Origin: Lingula anatina
Taxonomy: Eukaryota > Animalia > Brachiopoda
Assembly: GCA_051362555.1 (NCBI GenBank)
Contig: CM120641.1
Coordinates: 42,104,401 to 42,168,400, forward strand
Direction: 5' to 3'
Length of the DNA stretch: 64,000 nucleotides
Made by a program: the position numbers and the translations under genes
The notes under the pieces: model-generated
The model's database searches: none
What the model saw: the letters and a program-made list of their open reading frames with translations, nothing else
Told to the model about the DNA's origin: nothing
In this document: positions 36,712 through 48,300 of the stretch, piece by piece
Numbering within the stretch: position 1 is the stretch's first letter
Layout: each line of letters begins with the position of its first letter

Positions 36712-39304
36712 TTAGCGAATGTAAATGTTGCCATATGTCATATTGGGGTCTTGTTTATGTCCATCACAGCGTCCCATACCACAGGGATCATGCGCCGGAC
36801 AATTCTCTATCTCAGTGGACGTCCGAAAGAAGTAATACGCAGATCCTTCTATGAAGGCTGGATCTTGACCCGTAGTGAGAGCCAGACCTCCATTTACACC
36901 ACTCAAAGCAAGGGTGTGCAAGTAAATGGGAACAGTGTTAAGGCACGACATTTCGCTTTCGACAACAGTTTTGACAACGCGGCAGTCAATTGGCCCACTT
37001 ATGAACTCTACCAGCTTGGTGTCATCACAGACGATCCAATTATTGATGGTTGATTTTACCATAAATTGTCGGTTACCGATGGACTTCCACAAGGCAAAAT
37101 CCACGGCATTGAAATCTGCTTCGTTCAACGGAGGAGTAACAGATATGGGAACATCGCCGTCAGGCACCGACCAACTTGGTCTTGGTGTTAGGGCACCTGA
37201 CAAATATGGGCCAAAATTTGTAAAAGTGTAACTCCAGACGAGAGTCCAGCCCCCTCCGTTAGTGTCCATATCACAGTGGACCTGCATAAAGAAAGTGCAG
37301 TTACACAGATTATGGCTCATAATAATCCTGTTCTCAATCTTAGTTTTCTTGGTCGGTATGTGGGACGAATATCTGAATACCTGTAGTGTTTTACCATTCT
37401 TGAAACAAAAATTACAAACCTTTCAAGCCAAGACTATCAGGTCAAGTCATTGCAAAACAAAAAACGCTCATTTTATTAATTAAGTGATTCATATCAGGCT
37501 AATATATTCTTTATGGTACCTGAAACGCTTGGCCCTGTGTTGAGATCCAGTAGACACCTGTCACTGCATCTGGTTGGGCTTGCAGAATATCTGCACAGTT
37601 AGCACCTGGGTTTAACTCAGAACCAACTAAAATATTGAGAACAAATAGCAGATATTTTTTATATGAACCAATCAGTCATGAAGTACAAATACACGAATTT
37701 CTTTGTTTTCACTTTTTCGAAAGTTTTAGTTTATTCTAAGACGGGTAGATTTTGATTTCAATCATATACATCTGATGCAAGCGTGAATATGAAAAAAACA
37801 AAAAAACAATCAACATTTATTGGAAGTGATATATTTATTTTATAATGGTGATCATATTCAATCAACTTTGGCTTACCTAGTTGACCAGAAGTAACAGTTT
37901 CCGTTGAAGACGTCAGTGTAGTTGATGAATGAGGTGCTGACGTCACTGCTGAAGACAACATTGGTGTTGAGGGTGAATGTGAGGTAAGTGAAGTAAGTGT
38001 AGTAAGGGCAGTTGATGGCATTACTCCGGTAGACGTGGGTATATTCGGTGCCGCTGCAGTTGACGGAGGTGGTGTTTCTGGTGGTGCTGCAGATGTCAGG
38101 GGTGGTAATGGCGTCAGTGTGGTGGACGAAGCCGTTACTTGCGTTGCAGTGGCATTAGTCGTGTTGACAGTACCGAATTCTGATAGGTCTTCGTTATCCT
38201 AGAAATAAGTTTGGATGCATATACAGTACATGGCATTTATTTGCGTATGAGTGAAATCCATTTAAATAGCAGAATATTAAAGCCTATTCACTTTTAAGAG
38301 GCCTTTTTTGAAACAAACAAAAAATGACAAAACAGGGAAACTCTGAATTTAAGATTGAAAATTAATTAATCAAAAAGAAATGAGCCAACCTCAAATTCGA
38401 ACCTTACTTTTATCCCATCACAAGCGAACTTCATAAGCACACAGTCGTTATCAACCATGGCGTCTTGTATTACAGCTGGAGTTAACTCAGTTCTAAACAC
38501 GGTGCACATCCTCGACGTGGTACAAAACTGAACAGATTTGGCCTCAGATGATTTAAATTTCATCCGAGCACAATCTTGAAGACCCTCTTGGGGTTCCTGC
38601 ATTAGGATGTCCCGGTTGGTGTTCGAGTTGCCATCCCTCCTCAAACCATTTAAAACTGTTGTTCTACATGATGATACTTTAACGCCAGTGACGTTCAGTG
38701 GAGAGAAACCACAAATGATTTCTGAAATAAAATGAGAAATGAAATAAAAACAATTATAAATTAAACTTCTCCAGGCAACAACTAATTTACACAATGGTTC
38801 AGAAACTATAATAATTTTTAACTTAAAATCCAACTTCCTATCTGATTGAAGTTGGCTTAGACAACAGCATTGCACTCCATTTCTGTATTATAAGTAATAG
38901 CATGTTTCCAGCAAGACCAGCAGTACTGAAGTTGGTATGAATATCATATAATATTTTGCAATTATTTTCCAACTGCTGGGAATATCGATATATTTTGTTA
39001 TTATGTGTCTGATATAACTCTTTCTTTCTTCAAAAAGTCACTGAAATAACGTTTATGTTAAAGGCCTGTATTGTATAGATCAATTTCCCTTTAGAATCAG
39101 TAGTTGATTATTTTTCATAGTATCTTCGCACAAACGTCCCATTTATTTTACAATATATAAAAGTATCTGTTTGCATTTCTTCAAGTAAAGCTGTAAACGC
39201 AGATTTAAGTAAATATATGTATTTTTCGTTGTTTGCATAATCACTTAAGTCGTTCACTTACCAAAGACGATGATACCAACGACTAATTGCGACACGCGAG
39301 GCAT
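36712..39304 (-). CDS. Secreted 451-aa protein: signal peptide, Cys-containing PAN/apple-like domain, Ser/Thr/Pro-rich stalk, divergent fibrinogen-related C-terminal domain
   Basis: Exons 39262-39304, 38408-38721, 37877-38198, 37520-37626 and 36712-37281 total 1356 nt in frame. NPGANCADILQAQPDAVTGVYWI...QVHCDMDTNGGGWTLV is the N-terminal signature of fibrinogen-related domains. The PAN-like call is inferred from Cys spacing only. Confidence 0.85.
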
Positions 39305-40900
39305 TTCGGTGTTTCAGTACAATTCTGGATTGCCTTTTTCTCGAACTGTTTCTAAAATAACTTTTAAACGCAGATTCGATCAGAAAGAATAATGTATTTA
39401 TGTGCCCATCACCATTTCAACTTCGAGGATTTATGATGCTGGGCCTAGTAGCACCAAAGGGTAGTAAATTTGTTCCGCTACGACTCGCGTAAACTGAATT
39501 TATAATTCAGAAACGGCTATACATTGTAACATGGTCAATATTTATCATGCAAAAGAAATGCCCATTAGTGTTATTAAAACGAACACGTTTGCCAATATAT
39601 TTACAGGGCAATAAGTACTGAATACTTCCTCACATCATCTTACATTTAGTCAACGGTCTTCAGTTAACAGCTAGTATTGAAATTGTAATTTACCTCGAAC
39701 ATTTCAATTCCTATCTAGAGCATGAGTATCTTCATCAGGGATTGATGCTATTCAGGTGAATAACCTCTATCCAGGAGACATACAATGAACTAGAAAAGCT
39801 TTCCGAGAGCGCAGACCTCCGCCAAGGCAGCGATTTTTGATTATTATTGATTATTGATTGATTATTGATCCGGATCACCACCAAATACTAATAATCTCTT
39901 CCTTGGCCCACTTCTGACAGTTCCTGAAAATTTCATCAAAATCGGTCCATAACTTTTTGAGTTATGTTGATGACAAACAAACAAACAGACAAACAGGGGT
40001 GAAAACATAACCTACTTGGCGGAGGTAATTACCCCCCTACCACCTACCAGTAATGTTAAGGAAAGGACAAGCGAGACATGTCGGTGTTTCAGTACAATTC
40101 TGGCTTGTCTTCTTCTGAAACTGCTTCTAAAATAACTTTTAAACATAGATCAGTAAGAATGTTTTTAATTGCCCATCACCATTTCAACTTCGAGGATTTA
40201 TGATGCTGGGCCTAGTAGCACCAACGGGTAGTAAATTTGTTCCGCTACGACTCGCGTAAACTGAATTTATAATTCAGAAACGGCTATACATTGTAACATG
40301 GTCAATATTTATCATGCAAAAGAAATGCCCATTAGTGTTATTAAAACGAACACGTTTGCCAATATATTTACAGGGCAATAAGTACTGAATACTTCCTCAC
40401 ATCATCTTACATTTAGTCAACGGTCTTAAGTCAACAGCTAGTATTGAAATTGTAATTTACCTCCAACATTTCAATTCCTATCTAGAGCATGAGTATCTTC
40501 ATCAGGGATTGATGCTATTCAGGTGAATAACCTTTATCAAGGAGACATACAATGAACTAGAAAAGCACTCCGAGAGCGCAGACCTCCGCCAAGGCAGCGA
40601 TTTCTGATTATTATTGATTATTGATTGATTATTGATCCGGATCATCACCAACTTCGAGGATTTACTATACTGGGCCTGGTAGCACCAACGGGTAGTAAAT
40701 TTGTTCCGCTACGACTCGCGTAAACTGGATTTATAATTCAGAAACGGCTATACATTGTAACATGGTCAATATTTATCATGCAAAAGAAATGTCCATTACT
40801 GTTATTAAAACGAACACATTTGCCAATATATTTACAGCGCAATAAGTACTGTATACTTCCTCACATGTGAATAACCTCTATCCAGGAGATATACATTGAA
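39302..40900. repeat. Tandem triplication of the upstream region of the 451-aa gene (units ~39302-40076, 40077-40650, 40650-40900)
   Basis: Near-identical blocks: CAACTTCGAGGATTTA...TTGTTCCGCTACGACTCGCGTAAACTG...AGAAACGGCTATACATTGTAACATGG occurs three times. Confidence 0.95.
39788..40029. mobile_element. Helentron-associated non-autonomous element (HINE/DINE-1-like)
   Basis: Starts AACTAG, has subterminal inverted repeats ACCTCCGCCAAG (39815-39826) / CTTGGCGGAGGT (40015-40026), and internal (GATT)/(ACAA/GACA) simple repeats. A truncated second copy lies at 40555-40650. Confidence 0.65.
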
Positions 40901-42292
40901 TACATAGAAAGAACATAGAACTCCTTTTTGTACACGGTTGGCTTTATTTTCAGTTTATTCAAAATTGCTGATAGCCGGTCACCAAAATAAAAATACAAAT
41001 ACAATATAATATACTCAAAAGTATAATGTAAAACAATGATTCTCATAAATTAAAACAAATACACTATGATAAATTGTGGAGTCTATATCTTATGAAGAGA
41101 GTCATGTCCTTCTCCTGTCCTTCTCCAGTAAAGTCAGTGTGTGCGTGTGATCTCAGTAGGTGTGGTCTTTTGTATTTATGCATCACATGAGTGAGTGACC
41201 ACATTTCACATTTGCTTGACTGAACAGTTTTTGTCAATATTTTGTGGAATTCCAGAACAAGTACTGCTAAGGAAAGGCAGGATCAGGTCAGGGAGAATGG
41301 CCCAACATTTCGGTAGAGAATGTCGGTCGTCTTCTTGACATGCATGACCTCCAGGACTGTCTGGTATTGTCCTATTGTTGCACTGTCAATCACCTTGATT
41401 TTTTTTAATGTAAACGTGTTATGGTACAAAGTTAAGAGATGTGATAGAAAATATTTTGGAATCAGCAACCCTAGCTAGGGCAAAAAGCTTTGCTGAAATG
41501 AAATATATGTAGTGGGTTCTCAAATCCCTCTCAATACGTTTACTTATTGTTGGGGAACAACACCATTGGAGCCCAAAGAACTTTTATACCCAACCTGTTT
41601 GTTCCTCGTGTTGGCTTAATGTTGACTCGAGTTCTCTTTTGGTCAATGATTATTTTATGATCTGCTATTCCCTTAACACCCATAAAACAACAATGAGTAA
41701 TATGTGCCTTGTAACCATGTGAAAATCTTGTTTATAAATTATAGAGAAGCTGCAAATGATTTCTTGAATAACATTTTTAATGTTAAAATAGGAATTGGTA
41801 TAAAAACTTCAGCTACCAGTCAAATTATAACGAATCAGAAACTACTGCCAATTTGAATTTAAAATGCAGGTCGGTTTCATTTCTCGTCAGAGGCATTATA
41901 AGTGATATCGCAAGTATTGAAATTGTTCATCTCTAATATTTCGATGGCTATCTGGAGCATTTCTTTGCAAAAAACTGTTTGCAGGTTGTTGCAAGAAGAG
42001 TTGCTGCAAATTTGCTACAAAGCAGCAGGAAGATTTCAAGTTTATGGAAAATTGCAAGAAAGCTTACATTTTCAATATATATAGTGCTTTGAGATTGCTA
42101 TAATTTGAATTCGTATTTGTTAAAAGAACTGAGAGCTGCAGCTTTATCACGCCATCCTTTACACGTTGGCAATTTTACAGATAGGAGTGTCTATCAGCCG
42201 TGACTGGTAGACCTCACTGTTTATCTGTACGTCACCAGGAAACGGTGGAAAGATAGAGAAAGTAATGAGACATTACATAAAAAACCAATATA

Positions 42293-42827
42293 TACTGACA
42301 GTCAATGAAAACGCATCAGAAAACTTTCTTGTTTTTTTTTTTACCGAGAATCGATTACAACCATTTAAACGAGTACAAATGCACTTGTTTCGTCATAAGA
42401 TAGTGGTCTGACCACTCGGATGTTTAAAATTTCCGCTTCAGTGATTTTGTGACCAGCTGTTACAAAATCACGTGTTTTTCCTGTCTCGTGATTGGTGTGA
42501 ATTAATCAGGTTCAATATATGGTGATTAATTAAACCTATTTAAGGTAGTCACCAAATCCAGTGTGACACATGGCAAAAAAGTTCAGTGATGCCACGTCTG
42601 ACACTGAAAGAGTGGCTGCGGGCCCTGGGGATGCTGGAGGATGGGCGTAACCAAAGAGATTTGATTACGTGACCTTGCATTTTAATGATCTTTTCTGACC
42701 TGTATTTCACCTTGTGTAACTGAATAATGGGTCATATTTCACACGTAAACTGTTATTTTCGTAATGTGACAAAGGAACAAAAATATTATTTGCTAAATAA
42801 ATGATGCGTTTTCATTGACTGTCAGTA
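42293..42827. mobile_element. Tc1/mariner-type MITE (internal deletion derivative)
   Basis: Perfect TIR TACTGACAGTCAATGAAAACGCATCA (42293-42318) / TGATGCGTTTTCATTGACTGTCAGTA (42802-42827), embedded in TA repeats consistent with a TA TSD. No intact transposase. Confidence 0.85.
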
Positions 42828-45398
42828 TATATATTCACGGTACAACTGTTTGCATCGATCCTATGTTGTGAGGCCCCAACTTCGTCTGCTTGAAATGCAT
42901 TGTACAGGGTGCCAAACACCGTGACGTCACTTCCACGTGCGCTCCACGTACCGGCGTATATACTGCTGGAGCCGTATTTTACTGAACACTGACACCACCT
43001 AGAGGATAGTTTACCTGTACAAGTAAAAACTTGGCAAACTATCGTTTATTTGTTTTACAAGAGGCTCTGTTCTGGTCCTACAACTGTGAATGTCCATCAT
43101 GACGTGTTCAAACGTGTTCCCAAAACCTATCTTTAGCTGGACAGAGCCTCTTGGAAACAGTTTAGAACCAAGGGACCGAATTTGGTTGAGGACCAGAAGA
43201 GAGCTGTAACACCCGTTTCATTACGTTTCATCTTGCAAACTTTTTGACCAATCAGAAATTTACTCCATGTTCTTGATATTGGCAACACTTTACATAACTG
43301 TTAAAAGGGTAGGTGAAAAGAATACATAACAGTAAATTATTTTCACCATTATATGGTTAAAAGGATTGAGTTGTTTATATCTTGTTTAGCACGTTGTACA
43401 GCTTTCATTTTTATTTGGGGGGGGGGGGGGGGGCATACTTTGAAATATCCCTTCCTATGGCTTTAATTGGCTTAATGCTTCATTGTTGTACACGTACAAC
43501 ATGCTTGGTGCCATTTATAAGGTAGGATCTACTGTAGTACCATGAAAAGCAATCAAGATTTAATCACATTAGCTTGAAGGAAATTCCCCATTTTGAAAAC
43601 AGGAGACAAGGGTCCTAGATTACAAATATTTTATTGCTGAAAAAAAAAAATGCAATAATATATATTCATATATACCAGACTTTAACAATCCCTTCAAAAG
43701 GCAAATATATCTCAAGACTGTGTATTGATGTACACAATAAATATTGGCATGATAAAATATATAGAAGCGATATGCCGTGCCTTTCAGCAAAATATAACTG
43801 GTCTACTTGACATTCTTTGATATGGAGGGGACCAAGGTTATAGGGTCCAAAAAACAAAACTAAAAATATCAGTGAGCAACATAACTTTACAACCACCAGG
43901 TGTCAGTATGTCTTATTCCAAGAAAAGCCAGTGATATATTTGAAGAAAGGGAGCTATGGGCTACAAGGTTAATATGTGTATAAACTGATACCTGATATAC
44001 AAAATAGAATAATAAGGTAATAGCAATAATTATGATAATGTGAGTTTCCAAGTTCAACACGAAGTATTACAAAATATGTCTCCTATGATGCTATTTATAA
44101 TGAACTGAAAGCTGAAGTAGCATATATTAAGCTACAAATACCCGCTATACGAACCAGCCAACATGGCTGCCACCACCGACAGAAGGGGGCGCTGCACTGT
44201 GGGCAGTTCAAATCGTCCCCATTTAATGTCTGTTATGAAGGACATTGAGTGGGCAGTCACTATGACACCAAATTTTCCATGTTAATAAACGTATATCCAG
44301 CTTAACATAATAACCATGAGATTTCTCAATAATCTGGCAGCTTCTACTTTAAAATGGTCATTAAATGCAATTTATCCATAAAGACTAGACCCGCCCCCCT
44401 CCCCCCAAGTTGGGCTGCATTTCTCCGCATTATATTTGTTTCCAAACTGCCTTGAAAATTGTTTGAGTTTACCACCTTACTTCAGCCATCCACAGCACCT
44501 TTAATTACAGTTTTGATGACCTTTTTTTTGTACAAAGGTCAACGACCTACATTATCGAGGTCAACAACCTATATACAGAGTGAACTATTTTACCTATAGA
44601 TGACTAGACATGGGGTTGTTATCAATCATAATTCTGGGTGGAAAAGTGTTATTGTTACATAAATACTGTCCTACCCTAAATATTACTTAGTCTAATGGTC
44701 AAATAATACATTGTTAACTGATTAAAAACACGATCTCTGGGAAATAACCCAGTACTTCCACATCAGTATCTATACATCACCAAAGGTGATCAGATTACAG
44801 AATACTTAAAAACATTTCCAGTGCTAATACACTGTTAAATCGATTAAATATTTCAATAAGATATGAAAAATCAGGTTACCTTTGCCTTTTCATGATTAAG
44901 AGCCTAATGTACAGTGTACAATACCCAACCAATGTTAATCCATACAAGATATGCTGTATGTATGATAGTTGTTTTTGCTTTCATTTTTCTTATTTTGATT
45001 TGTCCCTCAGGAATTTATGGCACTGATACGAAGACGGCCCTCTACTGCCGCCATATCAACCTCGTTGACAGCTTGCACCCAAATCTTTTTCTCCCTCAAA
45101 ATTTCTTCCACCAATATTCTAAACACCATGGCTGATATCCAGATGATATGTCTAAATATCAGTTTATCACAAACCCATTTGGTTTCATCCATCACAGCAG
45201 TTTTTTTTTCTTTCGATGAGTGATTATGTATTCCATTCCCTGCCATCAATTGTCAAACTCTAGATTAAACAATTTGTCTCAATTTGACTTTGGTCTAAGT
45301 TCATTCAATACTTTCTGTCTAAAGTCACATTTCATCCAATAATGTATGTTGTTACTGATAAATGCTACTGACAATCCAGTCAGGCTTGTCGTCTCATT

Positions 45399-48300
45399 TT
45401 ATCTTCTGGTTTGACCAAGCATAACCTTTGTTACAAAGTTGGCAATGGCTGTTGCAGGCTGGTCTGGATCAATCTCAGCAAATAGGTGGCAAGAATTTTC
45501 TGTTGTACTGCCTTGTTTACGAGCTACAAACCCAAAGATTCTGAAATAGCAATGAAAAAAGTTGTGACACTGTTAACAAAACTTTGCACACATAAAAGCC
45601 ACTATGCATTTCAAAAACCTTCAAAACTTTCAACATTTTCATCAAAGTTATTTCAGACTACAAGTCACATTTATCATACTACACCTTCATTTCAAGCATT
45701 GCCGATTTTAAATTTCTTTATGAAAACTCAAGAACAAGCTGGAATAAAAAATTTTCATAGACATGTCAAATTTCTATTCATTTACTCACCTTGCATTCAT
45801 GGGGGCACCTGTCTTCTCTTGGGTTGCACTCCACCTAGGGTGAAAAAAATAAATTACCATCAAGTCCCATAAAAAACACCAATTATCATACCATTAATTG
45901 CCTTGTTCCATAATTTACAGTCCAAAAGTACATAAATCATCAGCCTGGAGAGGTATTGCATAGTACTTAAATATAAATTTCTCATTAAAATATCATATAT
46001 GATATTCATATGGTAAATTTAGCTTTAAGCTTTTTACAGTTACTTTCTGCATTTTCAGAGTGGATTTATAACATTTGCATGGTGTTCACTATGCCAAATA
46101 AACCCTCTGATGAATAATCTTCATCATTTGACTGAGAGTCTAGATAACTGAACATACCTTCTGTCTTCTGGGTCCATTCCACAAAATGTGACACTACCAA
46201 CAGGGTAATGGCGACGGAAGAACAATCTGGAAATAATAATGGTAGCATTTCTGATAATTGCATTTTGGCAATTAAGGCGACAACAAAAAACCAAGAATAA
46301 AATTACCATGTCTTTTTAAAACTGTTCAAGTGAAATTTTGCTATATTCAAAAGGAAACTTTCACTGAGTCCTGTAGTTATTAAGAAAACTATAAAAAACC
46401 AAAAAGAAAATGACAACCTCTTTTAAAAAGTATGTTCAAATTAAATTTTGCTATATTCAAAAAGATACTTTTAACAGAGTCCTGTAGTTAAATCATGCAC
46501 CTGGCATGCAAAATGTACTCACTTCCTGTGGTTATCAGTCAGGGTGATGCCTTGGTTATTGACCTTGAAGTGGACGACTGTGGACTTAGGAGGGGGCTCC
46601 ATACTGAAGGTCATCTTCACTGCCTTGGACACAGCTTGGGGGCCAGTCAGGGACTCTGTGTCCACTGTGTTGATAAAGAGCACATTGCAAGCTGGAAATA
46701 AAAATCAAAATTATGTTTATTGTTTTATATGCATATTAGGTTGGAAAGTAATGCAGCTGTCAAACTTAATCTAAATCAGTCTCACTACTTCCTGTGACAT
46801 GTAACAAAATATCAGATGGAATGAACAACTATTGTTTTCTAGTCATACGGGCCTTACCTGCTCCCTGTGCTAGTAAAGCCGATGCTGAACTAGGAGCTGC
46901 CTCACTCATTGGACTCTCTGGGCCTACATCGACTTGATCTGAAATTAGTTAAGACTAAAACTAAGTCAAGGTTTTATGGAACTTTATTTTGTCTTGTTGG
47001 TATACAATAAGAAGTTCCTAACAAATGTATCAATCTAAAAATTTCATCTATTCATAATGTATCAGTCACAGCCTTCACATCAGATGGAAATCTATCACAA
47101 GGTGTCACTGATGCCAAGAGAAGCCATCTTAATTTCACTAACTGTCCTGGATTCAACCCATATCATATATCAAATAAACACGCATGTCCCTGATGTTAGG
47201 CAACTGGATGCATCATAAACATTCTATTGCTTCACGTGAGTATACATTTCACTGAGGTGTGCCATTACAAAGGTAATTCTACACTTTAAATCAAAACAAT
47301 GCTGTCTTTGTACATTGTACTCCATATCTTGTTTATTCCTTCAAACCATGAGTCATTCAAAATGCATTAATCTTGCACAAAATCTTTTTTTTTTTCGAAC
47401 TGATATAATCTGCATTAACAGATGGATTCTCTTTTTGGATAAATTCAAGATCCATCTATTTATTTTTTTCGTATGACCAGTGAAAGAGGGCAAAGAGAAC
47501 TAACAACAGTCCAATTTACTCAGTATAGAACCCTTTACTTACTTTATTTTCAATTTTTTTTCCTTAAAAAAGATGAAAAGTAAAAGAGCTGTTGAGATAG
47601 GAAGGCATACCTTGTCCAAGGACATGTTCCGTAGGCAGGGCAAGCTTGACTGGGAGGGCTAGTGGAGTAATGGAGTGCTGGTACACTAAAGCTGCAAGGC
47701 TGCCTGTAAAGACCAAAGAGGCTCTTTATTTAACCACATGCTTTAAATCATTATAATGCTACAATAAACTTAATCAGATAAACAATTTTCAACATCGTGA
47801 TGCTTATAATACGGTTGCTTGTAACACAGTCTTGATCATCTTTATCGAATCTATCAGAGCACTATCAAATCTATCAGAGCACTAATGAATGTCTTGATCA
47901 TAATAAAGTAAGAATTACATTGAAAGAATTACAATCAGATTAAAAGCTTTAAGCAACTGTAAAATAATATTCATTGCTTACCAAACACTGGTTCATTGCT
48001 ACATCCCTTTAACCTTACGCCCTTTGGTGTTGGTTCGATAAGGAAGTGGCGTACTAACTCACTTGCATCTCCTTGAAAAGAAGAAATTTAAATTCATTTT
48101 GGGGAAACAGAATTGGAGACTGGGGATAGGAGAGGGGTACAGAAAAAAGGTCTAAAGGGGTCAACTGTAAAATTAAATTTGAGGTCCTACATTTCTTTAA
48201 AAAAATTATGTTCTTTGCTTCAAAAATACTCTGCTGAAAGTTTCCTAAGGTAACTAAACATTGACACAAATGGCTATGTCTACTGCAACTGATGGTATAC

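Noticed and set aside
43058-43153. Inverted repeat CAAGAGGCTCTGT / ACAGAGCCTCTTG as a pre-miRNA
   Set aside because: The stem is only ~13 bp around a long unpaired loop. It is more likely a transposon remnant.
45007-45249. Overlapping ORFs downstream of tensin
   Set aside because: They lie in the presumed tensin 3' UTR, with no splice or homology support.
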